Of a stretch of 64,000 nt of DNA, positions 8,892 through 18,523 are shown one piece after another. The stretch lies in NCBI GenBank assembly GCA_963422395.1, contig OY729431.1, positions 1,344,001 to 1,408,000 on the forward strand. The letters run 5' to 3'. A program made the position numbers and the translations under genes. The stretch comes from Vicinamibacteria bacterium. Lineage in GTDB: Bacteria; Acidobacteriota; Vicinamibacteria; Marinacidobacterales; Marinacidobacteraceae. Position 1 is the first letter of the stretch, and each line of letters begins with the position of its first letter. The notes below the pieces were generated by a model. The model was not told the origin of the DNA. It did no database searches and saw nothing but the letters and a program-made list of their open reading frames with translations.

Positions 8892-10645
8892 CTCGATCTC
8901 CCGAGATGCTCGGTCAGGTCCTCGATCGACTGGTTGAGTTCTCCGGTGGCTCCGGCCAGAGACTGGATGGTCTTCGAGGTCGTATGGTCCAGCTCGTTGG
9001 CGAACCGTTTCACCTGTTCGCAATACCTCGCCAAGCCTTCATCGAATTGCCGAAAGACCTCGGCGAGCGAGGCATCCATGTTCTCGAACCGTTCCTGGTA
9101 GCGACCCCAGGTTTCGGCGACCGACTGCTGATGCTTTTCGAGCCTATCGACCAAGGTACCGACCTGGCCGGCGAGATCGCTCGTCCGTTCGAGCGTGCCG
9201 GCGGTCCGGTTGCTCGCGGTGCGGATGTCGTTCGCGGCCCGCCCGATGGGTTCCGCGGCTGCTGCGATCTGCCGGTGGGCCGATTCCATGGCGTCGCGCA
9301 ATCCGTCGAGCCTATCCACGAACTTCGTCATTCCGCCCAGCACCTGTTCGCTCTGCCGGGTGGACCGATCGAGGCTCTCAGCGGAAGCCTTCAGACCTTG
9401 CATCGATCCCGAGATCTGCTTGGCAGCCTCGACGCCGGTTCGGGCCAGATCCTGCGCCGCCGCCCCGACGGCTTCGCGCAACTCGACTGAAGCGGCCGTG
9501 CTGGAGGCGGCCATCTGTTCCGCCAGCTGTTCGGAAGCTCCCGTGATCTTGCGGGTGACTTCCCCGAGCGCCTGTTGGAGCGTCTCGGTCACGGTGTTCG
9601 CACCAGCATCCATCGATGTTCTGACCGCCGTGAGAACCGAATCGAGCGTCGTGCGAATGTCCTGCTGCGCCTGTGTCAGTCCGGCGGCGGAGTCCTTCAG
9701 CGTTCGGTTCAGGTCGGTGACGATCGCAGCCATCTCCTCGAACTGCGATCCGGTCCGCTCCTGCATGGTTTCGGTGAGCCGGCCGAGTGCCTGTTCGATC
9801 ATATGGCTGGTTTCGTTCGACCGGTCCGCGCGGAGTCCTTCGACCGCTTCCACCAGGCGCTCCAATTGGGGTGACAGGCGGCCGGCGATCTTCTCGTCGA
9901 GCGCCTTTTCCAGGGAGAAGATCAACTCGGTGTTGAAGCGTTCGAGTTGCGTTACCGCGCGCTTCGCCTGTTCGAGCTGGTCTAGCGCGACTCCCTCCGA
10001 AGTGACCCGTACCAGCCGGGATTCGATGGCGCTGACCCAATCGTCCAAGCTGCGATGGAGCTTTCGCGAGAAGCGGCGAAGGATCAACACGAAGACGATC
10101 GAGCAGCCGATTCCGACGATGGATGTCACAAATGCCAGGGAGGCACCGTCGAGGAGCTGCTGCAGGGAGGAGATCATCTCCTCCGGATCGTCGGACGACA
10201 GACCGGAACTCGCCGCGCCGACCCCGAAGGCGAGCCCGAGGAAGGTGCCGAGGATGCCGCCACCGGTCAGCAGGTTCGGCATCGATTCGTACCAACGAAA
10301 GTCGATTTTGGGAACGATGATCGTGGCGTCGTTCAGATACCACGACACCTCGCCGGTATTGCGGATCGGGTCGTTGGATCCGGGCGCCGGACGCACCAGG
10401 GTCTCCACGAATGCCTTCCACGGCAGACCGAAAACCTCCTCGGTGTGATCGCTGTACCGTTCGAACTCGCTGACGAATTGTTTTTCCCCATGGATGTCGA
10501 CTAATACGGCTTTCAGCCCCTGGAGTGATTTGAGCAACCTATGAGATTTGTGGATTAGCGTCCAAGCGGACCAGAAAGTGAATACGACGATGCCTCCGCA
10601 CCACCAGTAGACGAAAGAATCGCCGAGGACGAAGTCGGAGATCAT
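8888..10645 (-). CDS. zorA: Zorya ZorA (MotA/TolQ/ExbB-like channel with long helical cytoplasmic tail)
   Basis: PNLLTGGGILGTFLGL and LAFVTSIVGI helices followed by ~400 aa of Ala/Gln-rich helical tail; upstream of zorB. Confidence 0.92.
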   Translation of the reverse strand: MISDFVLGDSFVYWWCGGIVVFTFWSAWTLIHKSHRLLKSLQGLKAVLVDIHGEKQFVSEFERYSDHTEEVFGLPWKAFVETLVRPAPGSNDPIRNTGEVSWYLNDATIIVPKIDFRWYESMPNLLTGGGILGTFLGLAFGVGAASSGLSSDDPEEMISSLQQLLDGASLAFVTSIVGIGCSIVFVLILRRFSRKLHRSLDDWVSAIESRLVRVTSEGVALDQLEQAKRAVTQLERFNTELIFSLEKALDEKIAGRLSPQLERLVEAVEGLRADRSNETSHMIEQALGRLTETMQERTGSQFEEMAAIVTDLNRTLKDSAAGLTQAQQDIRTTLDSVLTAVRTSMDAGANTVTETLQQALGEVTRKITGASEQLAEQMAASSTAASVELREAVGAAAQDLARTGVEAAKQISGSMQGLKASAESLDRSTRQSEQVLGGMTKFVDRLDGLRDAMESAHRQIAAAAEPIGRAANDIRTASNRTAGTLERTSDLAGQVGTLVDRLEKHQQSVAETWGRYQERFENMDASLAEVFRQFDEGLARYCEQVKRFANELDHTTSKTIQSLAGATGELNQSIEDLTEHLGRSR

Positions 10646-10997
10646 CGCCGCACCCGGGGAATTCGACCGGAACTCGGGCCCGTGATGGCCGCCGAAATGC
10701 GAGGGTGCCGCCTGCCGCCGGTAAGAGAGGACCTCGGCCGGTCGGTCGAGAGCGGGAAGTGGTGAACCGCCGTCATCGTGATCGATGGTACCGGTATCCC
10801 TCGAAAACAGGATCCCCTGGAACCCTGCGGACCCGCCCCGAGTTCGGCCTGGGGCAGCGGCTTGGGAAGCGGCCTCCCGCAGCGGTCATCGAGACAGCAG
10901 GAGAGCACTTCGACGAAGTGCGGCCGACGACTCGAATCCCGCCACGAGTTCTACCTTTCGCAAGTGGCCGTTGCCACGGGAAAGCGCGGGCCGCACA

Positions 10998-12968
10998 ATG
11001 CGCACCATGAAACGCCTGCCTTTTCCGCCCTTCCGGGTTCTGCCTGGCTTCCTGCCGGTCTTTCTGGTTCTGCTCGCCGCCTTCGCGGTCGCCGCCTCCG
11101 CCTTCGCCCGGCCCCAGAAACCGGTGCTCCACGGGAAGCACTGGATGGCGATCACCGGCAAGCCCCTCGGGGCCACCGCCGGGGCGATGATCTTCGGCCA
11201 GGGAGGGAACGCGGTGGACGCCGCCTGCGCCATGCTGGGCGCGACGGCGACGATGTTCGACGCCCTGAGCTGGGGTGGAGAGACCCAGGCGCTGCTCTGG
11301 CACCCCGAAGAGAAGAGAGTGATCGGGATCAACGCCCTCGGAGCGGCGCCCAGCGGGGCCACCCCGGAGTTCTTCCGAGGGCAGGGGATGGACTACCCGC
11401 CCGCCCTCGGCCCGCTGGCGGCGGTGACCCCGGGGACGCCCGGCGGGCTCATGACGATGCTCGCCGAATACGGCACGATGTCGCTCGCCCAGGTGCTCGC
11501 TCCGGCGATCCAGATGGCCGACGGCTACCCCATCGAAGCCTCCGCCGCCCGGGCCATCCAGCGGGGAGCGGAGCGGATCGCCGAATGGCCCTACTCGCGC
11601 CGCACCCTGCTCCCGCACCGGGAGGACGGCGAAGACCGCGGCAGGACGGGGGACCTCGCCTCCGAGCGCGGGAACTACTGGGACCGCGACGATCCTGCCT
11701 ACCGGGATTTCTCGGCGGGCGGGCCTGCTCCCGGCGAGATCTTCCGCCAGCCCGAACTCGCCGAGACGCTTCGCAAGCTGGTGGATGCCGAAGCCGAAGC
11801 GCTCGCCGCGGGCAAGGACCGCAAGCAGGCGATCCAGGCCGCCTACGACCGCTTCTACGAGGGAGACATCGCCGAGGAGTTCGTCCGCGGCGTTCAGGAA
11901 CAGGGCGGCCTCATCACCACCGAGGACCTCGCCAACTGGGAGGTTCACATCGAGGAGCCGGTTTCCACGGCCTACAAGGGGATCGAGGTGTACAAGCTCA
12001 CCCACTGGGTGCAGGGGCCGGTGCTGCTCCAGGCCCTGAACATCCTCGAGCCCTTCGATCTGAAGGGAATGGGCTACAACAGCTCCCGCTATATCCACAC
12101 CCTGTATCAGGCGATCAGTCTCGCCTTCGCCGACCGTGACTTCTACTACGGTGATCCTTACTTCCCTCCCGAGGAACCGATCGTCGGGCTGCTGTCGAAG
12201 GACTACGCGAGAAAGCGCGCCGAAAGCATCCTCTCGGACCGTAACGACCCGGCCATCGGCCCGGGGGATCCCTACCCGTTCCAGGGCGGGGAAAACCCCT
12301 TTTCCGATTATCTCGACCGCTTCTCCGGCACCGCCGGGCGGCCCACGACCGAGGAAGAGCGGCAGGAGTTCCTCGATGGATTCCTCGCCGGCACCACCTC
12401 GATCCAGGCTGCCGATGCCGAGGGCTGGGTGGTTTCGATCACGCCGAGCGGCGGTTGGCTGCCGGCGGTGCTCGCCGGGGAGACGGGGATCGGCCTCAGC
12501 CAGCGGATGCAGAGTTTCGTGCTCGATCCGGCGATGAATCCCTTCAATGTGCTGGAACCGGGGAAGCGTCCCCGCGCCACCCTCACTCCGAGCCTGGCGG
12601 TCAAGGACGGTGAGCCGTTCCTGTCCTTCGCGGTCCAGGGGGGAGACAGCCAGGATCAGAATCTCCTGCAGTTCTTCCTGAATGTGGTGGAGTTCGGCAT
12701 GGATGTGCAAGAAGCCGCCGAGGCCGCCAACTTCAACAGCTATCAGCTGCGCAGCTCCTTCGGCGCCCACGAATCGGAGCCCGGCTCCCTGCTGCTGAAC
12801 GCCGAGGTTCCCGCGTGGGTCCGCGACGAGCTGATCGGGATGGGTTATTCCCTGCGCTTCGCGCCGCGGACCTCCGGACCGATCAACGCCATCTGGTTCG
12901 ACCGCGAGCACGGAACCTTCTGGGGTGGTTCGAGCCACCACGGCGACGACTACGGAGTGGCCTGGTGA
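10998..12968 (+). CDS. ggt: Gamma-glutamyltransferase family protein (secreted)
   Basis: Signal peptide; GGNAVDAA; catalytic Thr in TTSIQAAD; PGKRPRATLTP; GGDSQDQ. Confidence 0.92.
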   Translation: MRTMKRLPFPPFRVLPGFLPVFLVLLAAFAVAASAFARPQKPVLHGKHWMAITGKPLGATAGAMIFGQGGNAVDAACAMLGATATMFDALSWGGETQALLWHPEEKRVIGINALGAAPSGATPEFFRGQGMDYPPALGPLAAVTPGTPGGLMTMLAEYGTMSLAQVLAPAIQMADGYPIEASAARAIQRGAERIAEWPYSRRTLLPHREDGEDRGRTGDLASERGNYWDRDDPAYRDFSAGGPAPGEIFRQPELAETLRKLVDAEAEALAAGKDRKQAIQAAYDRFYEGDIAEEFVRGVQEQGGLITTEDLANWEVHIEEPVSTAYKGIEVYKLTHWVQGPVLLQALNILEPFDLKGMGYNSSRYIHTLYQAISLAFADRDFYYGDPYFPPEEPIVGLLSKDYARKRAESILSDRNDPAIGPGDPYPFQGGENPFSDYLDRFSGTAGRPTTEEERQEFLDGFLAGTTSIQAADAEGWVVSITPSGGWLPAVLAGETGIGLSQRMQSFVLDPAMNPFNVLEPGKRPRATLTPSLAVKDGEPFLSFAVQGGDSQDQNLLQFFLNVVEFGMDVQEAAEAANFNSYQLRSSFGAHESEPGSLLLNAEVPAWVRDELIGMGYSLRFAPRTSGPINAIWFDREHGTFWGGSSHHGDDYGVAW

Positions 12969-15172
12969 TGCGCTCGTTCCACTCGCTCCGCCGCGGCGCG
13001 CTTCCGGCGAGAGCGTCTGTCCCGTTTCTTCGGGGCCGTTTCTTCTTGGGTATCTCGCTTGCCGGTGTACTCCTGTCGGGTCCACTCTTCGCGCAGGAGG
13101 AAGAGAGGAGTCCCGCGTCGCTGCGCGTGACTCCCGAGGAGATCACCCTCGCTGCCGGGGAGACCGCCCAGATCGTTGCGACGGTGTTCGACGAGGCCGG
13201 AGTGGAGATCGAGGACGCCGAGGTGCTCTATCTGCCGCTCTACGGCCCGTTCTGGAACCCCGAGAAGCGCACCTGGGGCTTCAACATCTTCAAGGTCTCG
13301 CGCGAAGGGGAAGTCTCGACCCGGCGCCCGGGGGATTTCGCCGTCATGGTCCGGGTCGTCGGCTCGGGTATCGACCCCTCGGCGCGTGATGCCGAGTCCG
13401 AGGGGTATCTGGAGCAGCGCATCCCGCTCACGATCCAGCCGCGTCCGGTGGCCGCTCTCGACCTCAGCGTCGAGGGCCCGCTCTACGCCGGATCCGAAGT
13501 GACCGTCCACGCCGATGCGCGTGATGCCGCCGGTGCGCCCGTGGAAGGGATCGAGGTCCGCTGGAGTTCGTCCGACGCGGCGGTGGCGCTTCCGGTGGGG
13601 CGGCCCGTGACCATCGAGCGCGCCGCGGCTCGGGGGCTCGTCGCGCTGCTGCGGCCGGGGCGCGCCGCACTCACTGCGGCGGCAGGCACGCAGACCGCCG
13701 AGCTGGAGCTCGAAGTGATGCCGAATCCGGTCGTGGAAATGACGCTCACGCCGGACCGCAGCGCGGTTCGCACCGGCGAGGTGGCCCGCTTCGCGGCGGC
13801 GATGACGGATGAGGCGGGAGGCCGGGTGGACGAGGTGCCGGTCGGGTTCAGCGTCTTCTCCATCACCGACGCGATGGGGAGCGGCGGGCCCTCTTCGGGC
13901 CTGATCACCCGTGAAGGCCGATTCGTCGCCGATCTGCCGGGGATCTATACGGTCGTCGCCCGCACCGGTACGGTTTCGGCATCGGCGGTGATCCGGGTGT
14001 CCGAGCGCGGCGTCCGGCGGCCCATCGAACTCGTCGGACACGGCCGGGTGAAGGACCGGGCGACTTCGGACCTCTGGGTCTGGGAGGCGCCGAATGGGCG
14101 GGATTACGCGATCACCGGCACCCATAGCGCGGCCGGCCACGCTTATGTCTGGGATGTGACGAACCCGGAGAATCTGGAATTGGTGGATGTGGTGCGGGTG
14201 GACGCCCGCACCGTGAACGATGTGAAGATCGCCGAGGACGGCGCGGTGGCGGTGATTTCGCGGGAAGGGGCTTCCAACCGGCGGAACGGGCTCGTGATCC
14301 TCGATGTGTCCGATCCGTCCGTCGGGGTGCGAAAGCTCGCGGAGTACGACGATCAGCTCACCGGAGGAGTGCACAACACCTTCATCCATGCGGGTCATGT
14401 CTATGCGCTGTCCGGAGGCCGGCGGTTCGACATCATCGACATCGAGGACCCTTCGGTTCCACACCGCGTCGGGAGCTTCGCCCTCGAAAACCCCGCGCGC
14501 TCGATCCACGATGTCTGGGTGATGGACGGGATCGCCTACTCGGCCAACTGGAGTGACGGGGTGGCGGTCATCGATGTCGGCGGCGCGGGCAAGGGCGGCA
14601 CTCCCCAGGATCCGAAACTCGTCGGGCAGTTCCCGTTCCCCACCGGCTGGAACCACGCGGTCTATCCCTACCGGAGCGTCTCGACCGGGAAGTTCTACAT
14701 ATTCGCCGGCGATGAAGCGGCGCGAAGCGGCCGCTACAGCCCGCTCGCCGAGATCGGCACCGGAACTCCCGGCTACGACGAGGAACCCACCCGCTGGCGC
14801 GGCTGGATCCATATCCTGGAGTGGGACGAGAACTTCGAGAAACCGCCCCGGCTCGTCGGCCGCTACGAAGTGCCCGAAGCGGGCAGCCACAACATCTGGA
14901 TCGAGGACGATGTGATGTATGTGGCGTTCTACAACGGCGGTCTGCGGGTGGTGGATGTCTCCGGCGAGCTGCTCGGCAATCTCTACCGCCAGGGGCGGGA
15001 GATCGCGCGGTTCCTCCCGCTCGATCCCGAGGGCTTCCTGCCGAATGCACCCCAGGTCTGGGGCGCACAGCCGCACAAGGGCACGATCTTCTTCTCGGAC
15101 CGCAACTCCGGTCTGTGGGCGGTACGGCTCGGCGAGCGCCCGGGAGAAGAAGCGACCGACGAACAGCAGTAA
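12968..15172 (+). CDS. Secreted protein with Ig-like domains and LVIVD-repeat beta-propeller
   Basis: TGATG coupling to ggt; signal peptide; Ig-like WSSSD segment; repeats GLVILDVSDP, VAVIDV, GLRVVDVS with His motifs (VHN, IHD, NHA, SHN). Confidence 0.85.
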   Translation: MRSFHSLRRGALPARASVPFLRGRFFLGISLAGVLLSGPLFAQEEERSPASLRVTPEEITLAAGETAQIVATVFDEAGVEIEDAEVLYLPLYGPFWNPEKRTWGFNIFKVSREGEVSTRRPGDFAVMVRVVGSGIDPSARDAESEGYLEQRIPLTIQPRPVAALDLSVEGPLYAGSEVTVHADARDAAGAPVEGIEVRWSSSDAAVALPVGRPVTIERAAARGLVALLRPGRAALTAAAGTQTAELELEVMPNPVVEMTLTPDRSAVRTGEVARFAAAMTDEAGGRVDEVPVGFSVFSITDAMGSGGPSSGLITREGRFVADLPGIYTVVARTGTVSASAVIRVSERGVRRPIELVGHGRVKDRATSDLWVWEAPNGRDYAITGTHSAAGHAYVWDVTNPENLELVDVVRVDARTVNDVKIAEDGAVAVISREGASNRRNGLVILDVSDPSVGVRKLAEYDDQLTGGVHNTFIHAGHVYALSGGRRFDIIDIEDPSVPHRVGSFALENPARSIHDVWVMDGIAYSANWSDGVAVIDVGGAGKGGTPQDPKLVGQFPFPTGWNHAVYPYRSVSTGKFYIFAGDEAARSGRYSPLAEIGTGTPGYDEEPTRWRGWIHILEWDENFEKPPRLVGRYEVPEAGSHNIWIEDDVMYVAFYNGGLRVVDVSGELLGNLYRQGREIARFLPLDPEGFLPNAPQVWGAQPHKGTIFFSDRNSGLWAVRLGERPGEEATDEQQ

Positions 15173-15173
15173 A

Positions 15174-15204
15174 CCCGAAGACGGCTCGGCGGGCCGTCTT
15201 CGGG
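15174..15204. terminator. Stem-loop after the LVIVD gene, putative terminator
   Basis: cccgaagacggctc / gggccgtcttcggg, 14-bp stem with one G-U, immediately after the stop; no clear U tract. Confidence 0.55.
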
Positions 15205-15447
15205 CCGCGATTCGAGCCCGCTCCGCCGTCCCGAAATCGGCGGGTCTCGATGGGATCGATGGGTGGCAGGATTCGTCACGATTCACGAGTAGGGTTCTTG
15301 CGGCGCCATAGGAGGCGGCCCTTCCTGCGGGGATGAGAGAGTCCCCCCTGTTCCCCGGTGCGAGTTCCTCGCCGGCCGCTCGCCGAGGTCGGCTGCGTTC
15401 GCCGAAGCGCCCGGCGCCCGCGTACGATCGCGTGCGTCCCGTCCGGG

Positions 15448-15500
15448 ATGCGCCTCAAGCGGGAGAACGGCCAGTTCTTCACCGAGGGCGACCCTTTCGG
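15448..15500 (+). pseudogene. Possible remnant of an N6-adenine DNA methyltransferase N-terminus
   Basis: Encodes MRLKRENGQFFTEGDPF (GQFFT motif), then loses protein-like character. Confidence 0.35.
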
Positions 15501-15647
15501 CTTTTTCAGCTATCCGGCAGGCATTCCGCAAGCTGTGGGCGCCGAGTCGGTCACCCCGATCGATGAGAAGAAAGAGCACCGGCGGCGCCCCCCTCAGCAG
15601 ACGCCCGGACCGACTGTCTCGCCGCCGGCGAAAGCCAGTACAGCTCT

Positions 15648-15687
15648 GGAGGGCCGACGCGAAACGGGAGGGCCGCGACGCGAAACG
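15648..15687. repeat. Two-unit imperfect tandem repeat
   Basis: ggagggccgacgcgaaacg followed by ggagggccgcgacgcgaaacg. Confidence 0.6.
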
Positions 15688-15697
15688 AACCCTCGGT

Positions 15698-15733
15698 CCG
15701 AAGGAGGCCGCTGGGGGAAGGGGCCTCCTTCGG
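15698..15733. terminator. Stem-loop downstream of the minus-strand TPR gene
   Basis: ccgaaggaggcc / ggcctccttcgg perfect 12-bp stem, 12 nt from the stop at 15746. Confidence 0.55.
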
Positions 15734-15745
15734 GCTTCTGCTGCT

Positions 15746-17377
15746 CTACTGCTGGTCGGTCGTCGCGACGGCCCGGCTCCGCACCTCGCCGACGAAAGGA
15801 ACATCGTCGTCGGCTTCGCCGAGGAAGGTCTGGAGGGTGGCGTAGGCGCGGTTCGCCGCTGCCTGATCGCCGAGCGCCTCGGCTGCGCGGGCGAGCCCGA
15901 GGAGCGAAGCGGTGCGGTTCGGAGTCCGAGCGAGGCTGGCCTCGAACTGTTCTCGGGCCGCTTCCGCCTTTCCGGCGGCGAGCAGGAGCTCTCCCCGCAG
16001 CTCATGGGACGGCTTCAACGGATAGGTCGGGCCGGACGGCGGGTCCTGAGTTTCTTCGATGGCGGTCGCAGCGGCGGCGTGCTGCAGCGCACTCTCGGTA
16101 TCCCCAGCGAGTCCGGCGAGCAACGCCTCGACTTCATGCTGCATGATGCGGACGGAATCGGCCTGGTACGCCTCTCCGGCCTCGGCGCGGGCATCGGCGA
16201 GCGCCCGGAGCTGCTTCACGGCTTCGCGGGCGCTGCCCTCGTCCCCTTCGGCATGCGCTTTCATTCCCGCGGCGAGCAGGAGGTTGGCGGTCGAGTTGTA
16301 GCGGCTTTCGTCCACCTCTCCCTCGGGGAGGGCGATGGCGTCATACCGGCCGGACTCGATGGCATGCCGCGCCGCCATGGAAGCGGAGATCCGGCGGAGC
16401 CGCATCGAGTCGGTCTCGTCGGCGGCGGCGTCCACGATGGTGATCGCGTCGAGCACCTCGCGGTACTGCCCCCGCTGCAGGTCGGCGTACGCCTTCCATT
16501 CGAGGCTGTGATAGTCGCGCTTGGTGATCGAGAGGTTCTTCGACTCCACCCACTTGGCCGAAGCGTCGTAGGCCACTTCGTTGGAGGCCGCGGCCCGGTT
16601 CCACATCCCGTGCTGCACGAAGATGTGGGACGGCATGTGCTGCGCGTGGTGCGCTTCCGGGGCGATCTCCGCGTAGCGGTTCGCGGCTTCGAGGGCGAGC
16701 GGAGCGTGCTCGGGATCGTCGAAGGAGTGGATCACATAGTGCGCGGCGCCCGGATGGTCGGGCTCTTTCTGGAACAGCTCGGTGACGATGGCCCCGGCCT
16801 TCATCTGGCGGTGGAACCCCGGCTCGCCCCGCCGCACCAGGCCGAGGTAGGAGAGTGCGTAGAACGCCTGCGCCTCGTTGTCCTCGGGGTGCGCCTCGGC
16901 GAGCCGCCGCATCGCCTGGTGGTAGAGCTCGTCGCGCTCGTACTTGCCGCCGGGGCCGTAGAGGATCTCGACGGTGTCCAGATAGAGCCGTTCGCGCTCG
17001 GTGGGGGTCTTCGCCCGACGTTCGGCGCGGGTCGCTCCGAAACGCTCGAGGACTTCACGCGCGGCGCTGATGTCCTGCTCGGACCAGAGCGGGTGGTTGT
17101 GGCTGAGCGCCTCGCCCCAGTAGGCGAGCGCGAATTCGGAATCGATCTCCTGCGCGTTGCGGAACGCTTCCGCGGCTTCTTCGTACCAGAAGCTGTGGAG
17201 GGCTGCGACCCCGCGCTGGAAGGCGTCCTGCGCTGCCTCGGCGCCCGAGTTCGGGAAGTCCACGGTCCCGAGGTCCGATCCTTCGCCGAATTCCTCGCCG
17301 AATGCTGGGGAAACCAGCAGGGCGAGGACGGCGAAGGCGGAAGCGGCGCGGCGAAGGGAGTTTTTCGACGAAAGCAT
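15746..17377 (-). CDS. Secreted TPR-repeat protein
   Basis: GGAGG RBS; signal peptide; AALHSFWYEEA, PDHPGAAHYVIHSFD, HAQHMPSHIF; TPR-like helices. Confidence 0.85.
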   Translation of the reverse strand: MLSSKNSLRRAASAFAVLALLVSPAFGEEFGEGSDLGTVDFPNSGAEAAQDAFQRGVAALHSFWYEEAAEAFRNAQEIDSEFALAYWGEALSHNHPLWSEQDISAAREVLERFGATRAERRAKTPTERERLYLDTVEILYGPGGKYERDELYHQAMRRLAEAHPEDNEAQAFYALSYLGLVRRGEPGFHRQMKAGAIVTELFQKEPDHPGAAHYVIHSFDDPEHAPLALEAANRYAEIAPEAHHAQHMPSHIFVQHGMWNRAAASNEVAYDASAKWVESKNLSITKRDYHSLEWKAYADLQRGQYREVLDAITIVDAAADETDSMRLRRISASMAARHAIESGRYDAIALPEGEVDESRYNSTANLLLAAGMKAHAEGDEGSAREAVKQLRALADARAEAGEAYQADSVRIMQHEVEALLAGLAGDTESALQHAAAATAIEETQDPPSGPTYPLKPSHELRGELLLAAGKAEAAREQFEASLARTPNRTASLLGLARAAEALGDQAAANRAYATLQTFLGEADDDVPFVGEVRSRAVATTDQQ

Positions 17378-17503
17378 GGAAACCTCCAGCGGGTGCTCCG
17401 CACCCGGAAAACCGAATATTAGCCGAGCAGCCGTTCTCGCCGCCATCGTCTCCCGCGCCTAGAATTCCGGGAACGCGAAGGCGTGTTTGGAGTTTCCGCC
17501 CCT

Positions 17504-18487
17504 ATGACCACCGCCCCGAGTCCTGCGCGCCGCATCGAAATCCGCGAGGCCTTCGCCGGCCGGCTGACCGCCGAGCTCGGCCGGGTGGTGGTGGGGCAGC
17601 AGGCGGTGGTGGAGCGGGTCCTGATCGGCCTGCTGACCCGCGGCCACCTCCTGATCGAAGGGGTCCCCGGAATCGCCAAGACCCTGCTCGCGAAGAGTGC
17701 GGCAGAAAGCGTCCGGGCCCGCTTTTCGCGGGTGCAGTTCACTCCCGACCTCCTCCCGGCGGACCTCATCGGAACCCTGATCTTCGACCAGCGGGAACGG
17801 ACTTTCGTTCCTCGGAAAGGCCCGGTGTTCACGAACTTCCTGCTCGCCGACGAGATCAACCGCGCGCCTGCGAAGGTGCAGAGCGCGCTGCTCGAAGCGA
17901 TGGAGGAGCGGCAGGTCACGATCGGGGACGAGACCTGGAAGCTCGAGGAGCCGTTCGTGGTCCTCGCCACCCAGAACCCCATCGAGCAGGAGGGCACCTA
18001 CCCGCTGCCCGAGGCTCAGGTGGACCGCTTCATGATGAAATTGAAGATGGGATTCCCGGAGCTCGCCGAAGAGCGGCGGATCCTCGAGCGGATGGCGAAT
18101 TCCGCGGTTCCGCGGGTCGAGCCGGTATTGGGGCCGGAGGAGATCGCCGCCGCGCGCGAGCTCGTGGAGGCGGTCTATGTGGACGAACGCATCCGGGACT
18201 ACCTCCTCGGGTTGATCCGGGCCACCCGCGATCCGGCGGCGTTCGGCATGGACATCGCTCCGCTCGTCGAGCACGGTGCTTCGCCGCGAGCGAGCCTCGA
18301 CCTCTACCGCGCGGCCCGCGCCCGTGCCTTCCTCGAAGGCCGGGACTTCACTGCGCCCGAAGATGTGAAACACCTCGCGCCCGATGTCCTCCGCCACCGG
18401 CTGATCCTCTCCTACGAAGCGGAAGCCGAAGAGGTGGACGGCGACGAAATCGTCCGCCGCGTTCTGGATGCGGTCGAGGTCCCCTGA
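17504..18487 (+). CDS. moxR: MoxR family AAA+ ATPase
   Basis: EGVPGIAKT, RVQFTPDLLPADLIG, LADEINRAPAKVQSALLEAMEE, ATQNPIEQEGTYPLPEAQVDRF. Confidence 0.96.
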   Translation: MTTAPSPARRIEIREAFAGRLTAELGRVVVGQQAVVERVLIGLLTRGHLLIEGVPGIAKTLLAKSAAESVRARFSRVQFTPDLLPADLIGTLIFDQRERTFVPRKGPVFTNFLLADEINRAPAKVQSALLEAMEERQVTIGDETWKLEEPFVVLATQNPIEQEGTYPLPEAQVDRFMMKLKMGFPELAEERRILERMANSAVPRVEPVLGPEEIAAARELVEAVYVDERIRDYLLGLIRATRDPAAFGMDIAPLVEHGASPRASLDLYRAARARAFLEGRDFTAPEDVKHLAPDVLRHRLILSYEAEAEEVDGDEIVRRVLDAVEVP

Positions 18488-18523
18488 ACCCTCAGTCTCC
18501 GAATTCCCGTCTCGAATCCTGCC

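Noticed and set aside
8892-9023. Longer zorB start at 9023
   Set aside because: Overlaps zorA by >130 nt; the GTG at 8891 overlapping the zorA stop places the TM helix at the expected position.
15648-15687. Tandem repeat as a possible CRISPR array
   Set aside because: Only two adjacent units, no spacers, and no cas genes in the window.
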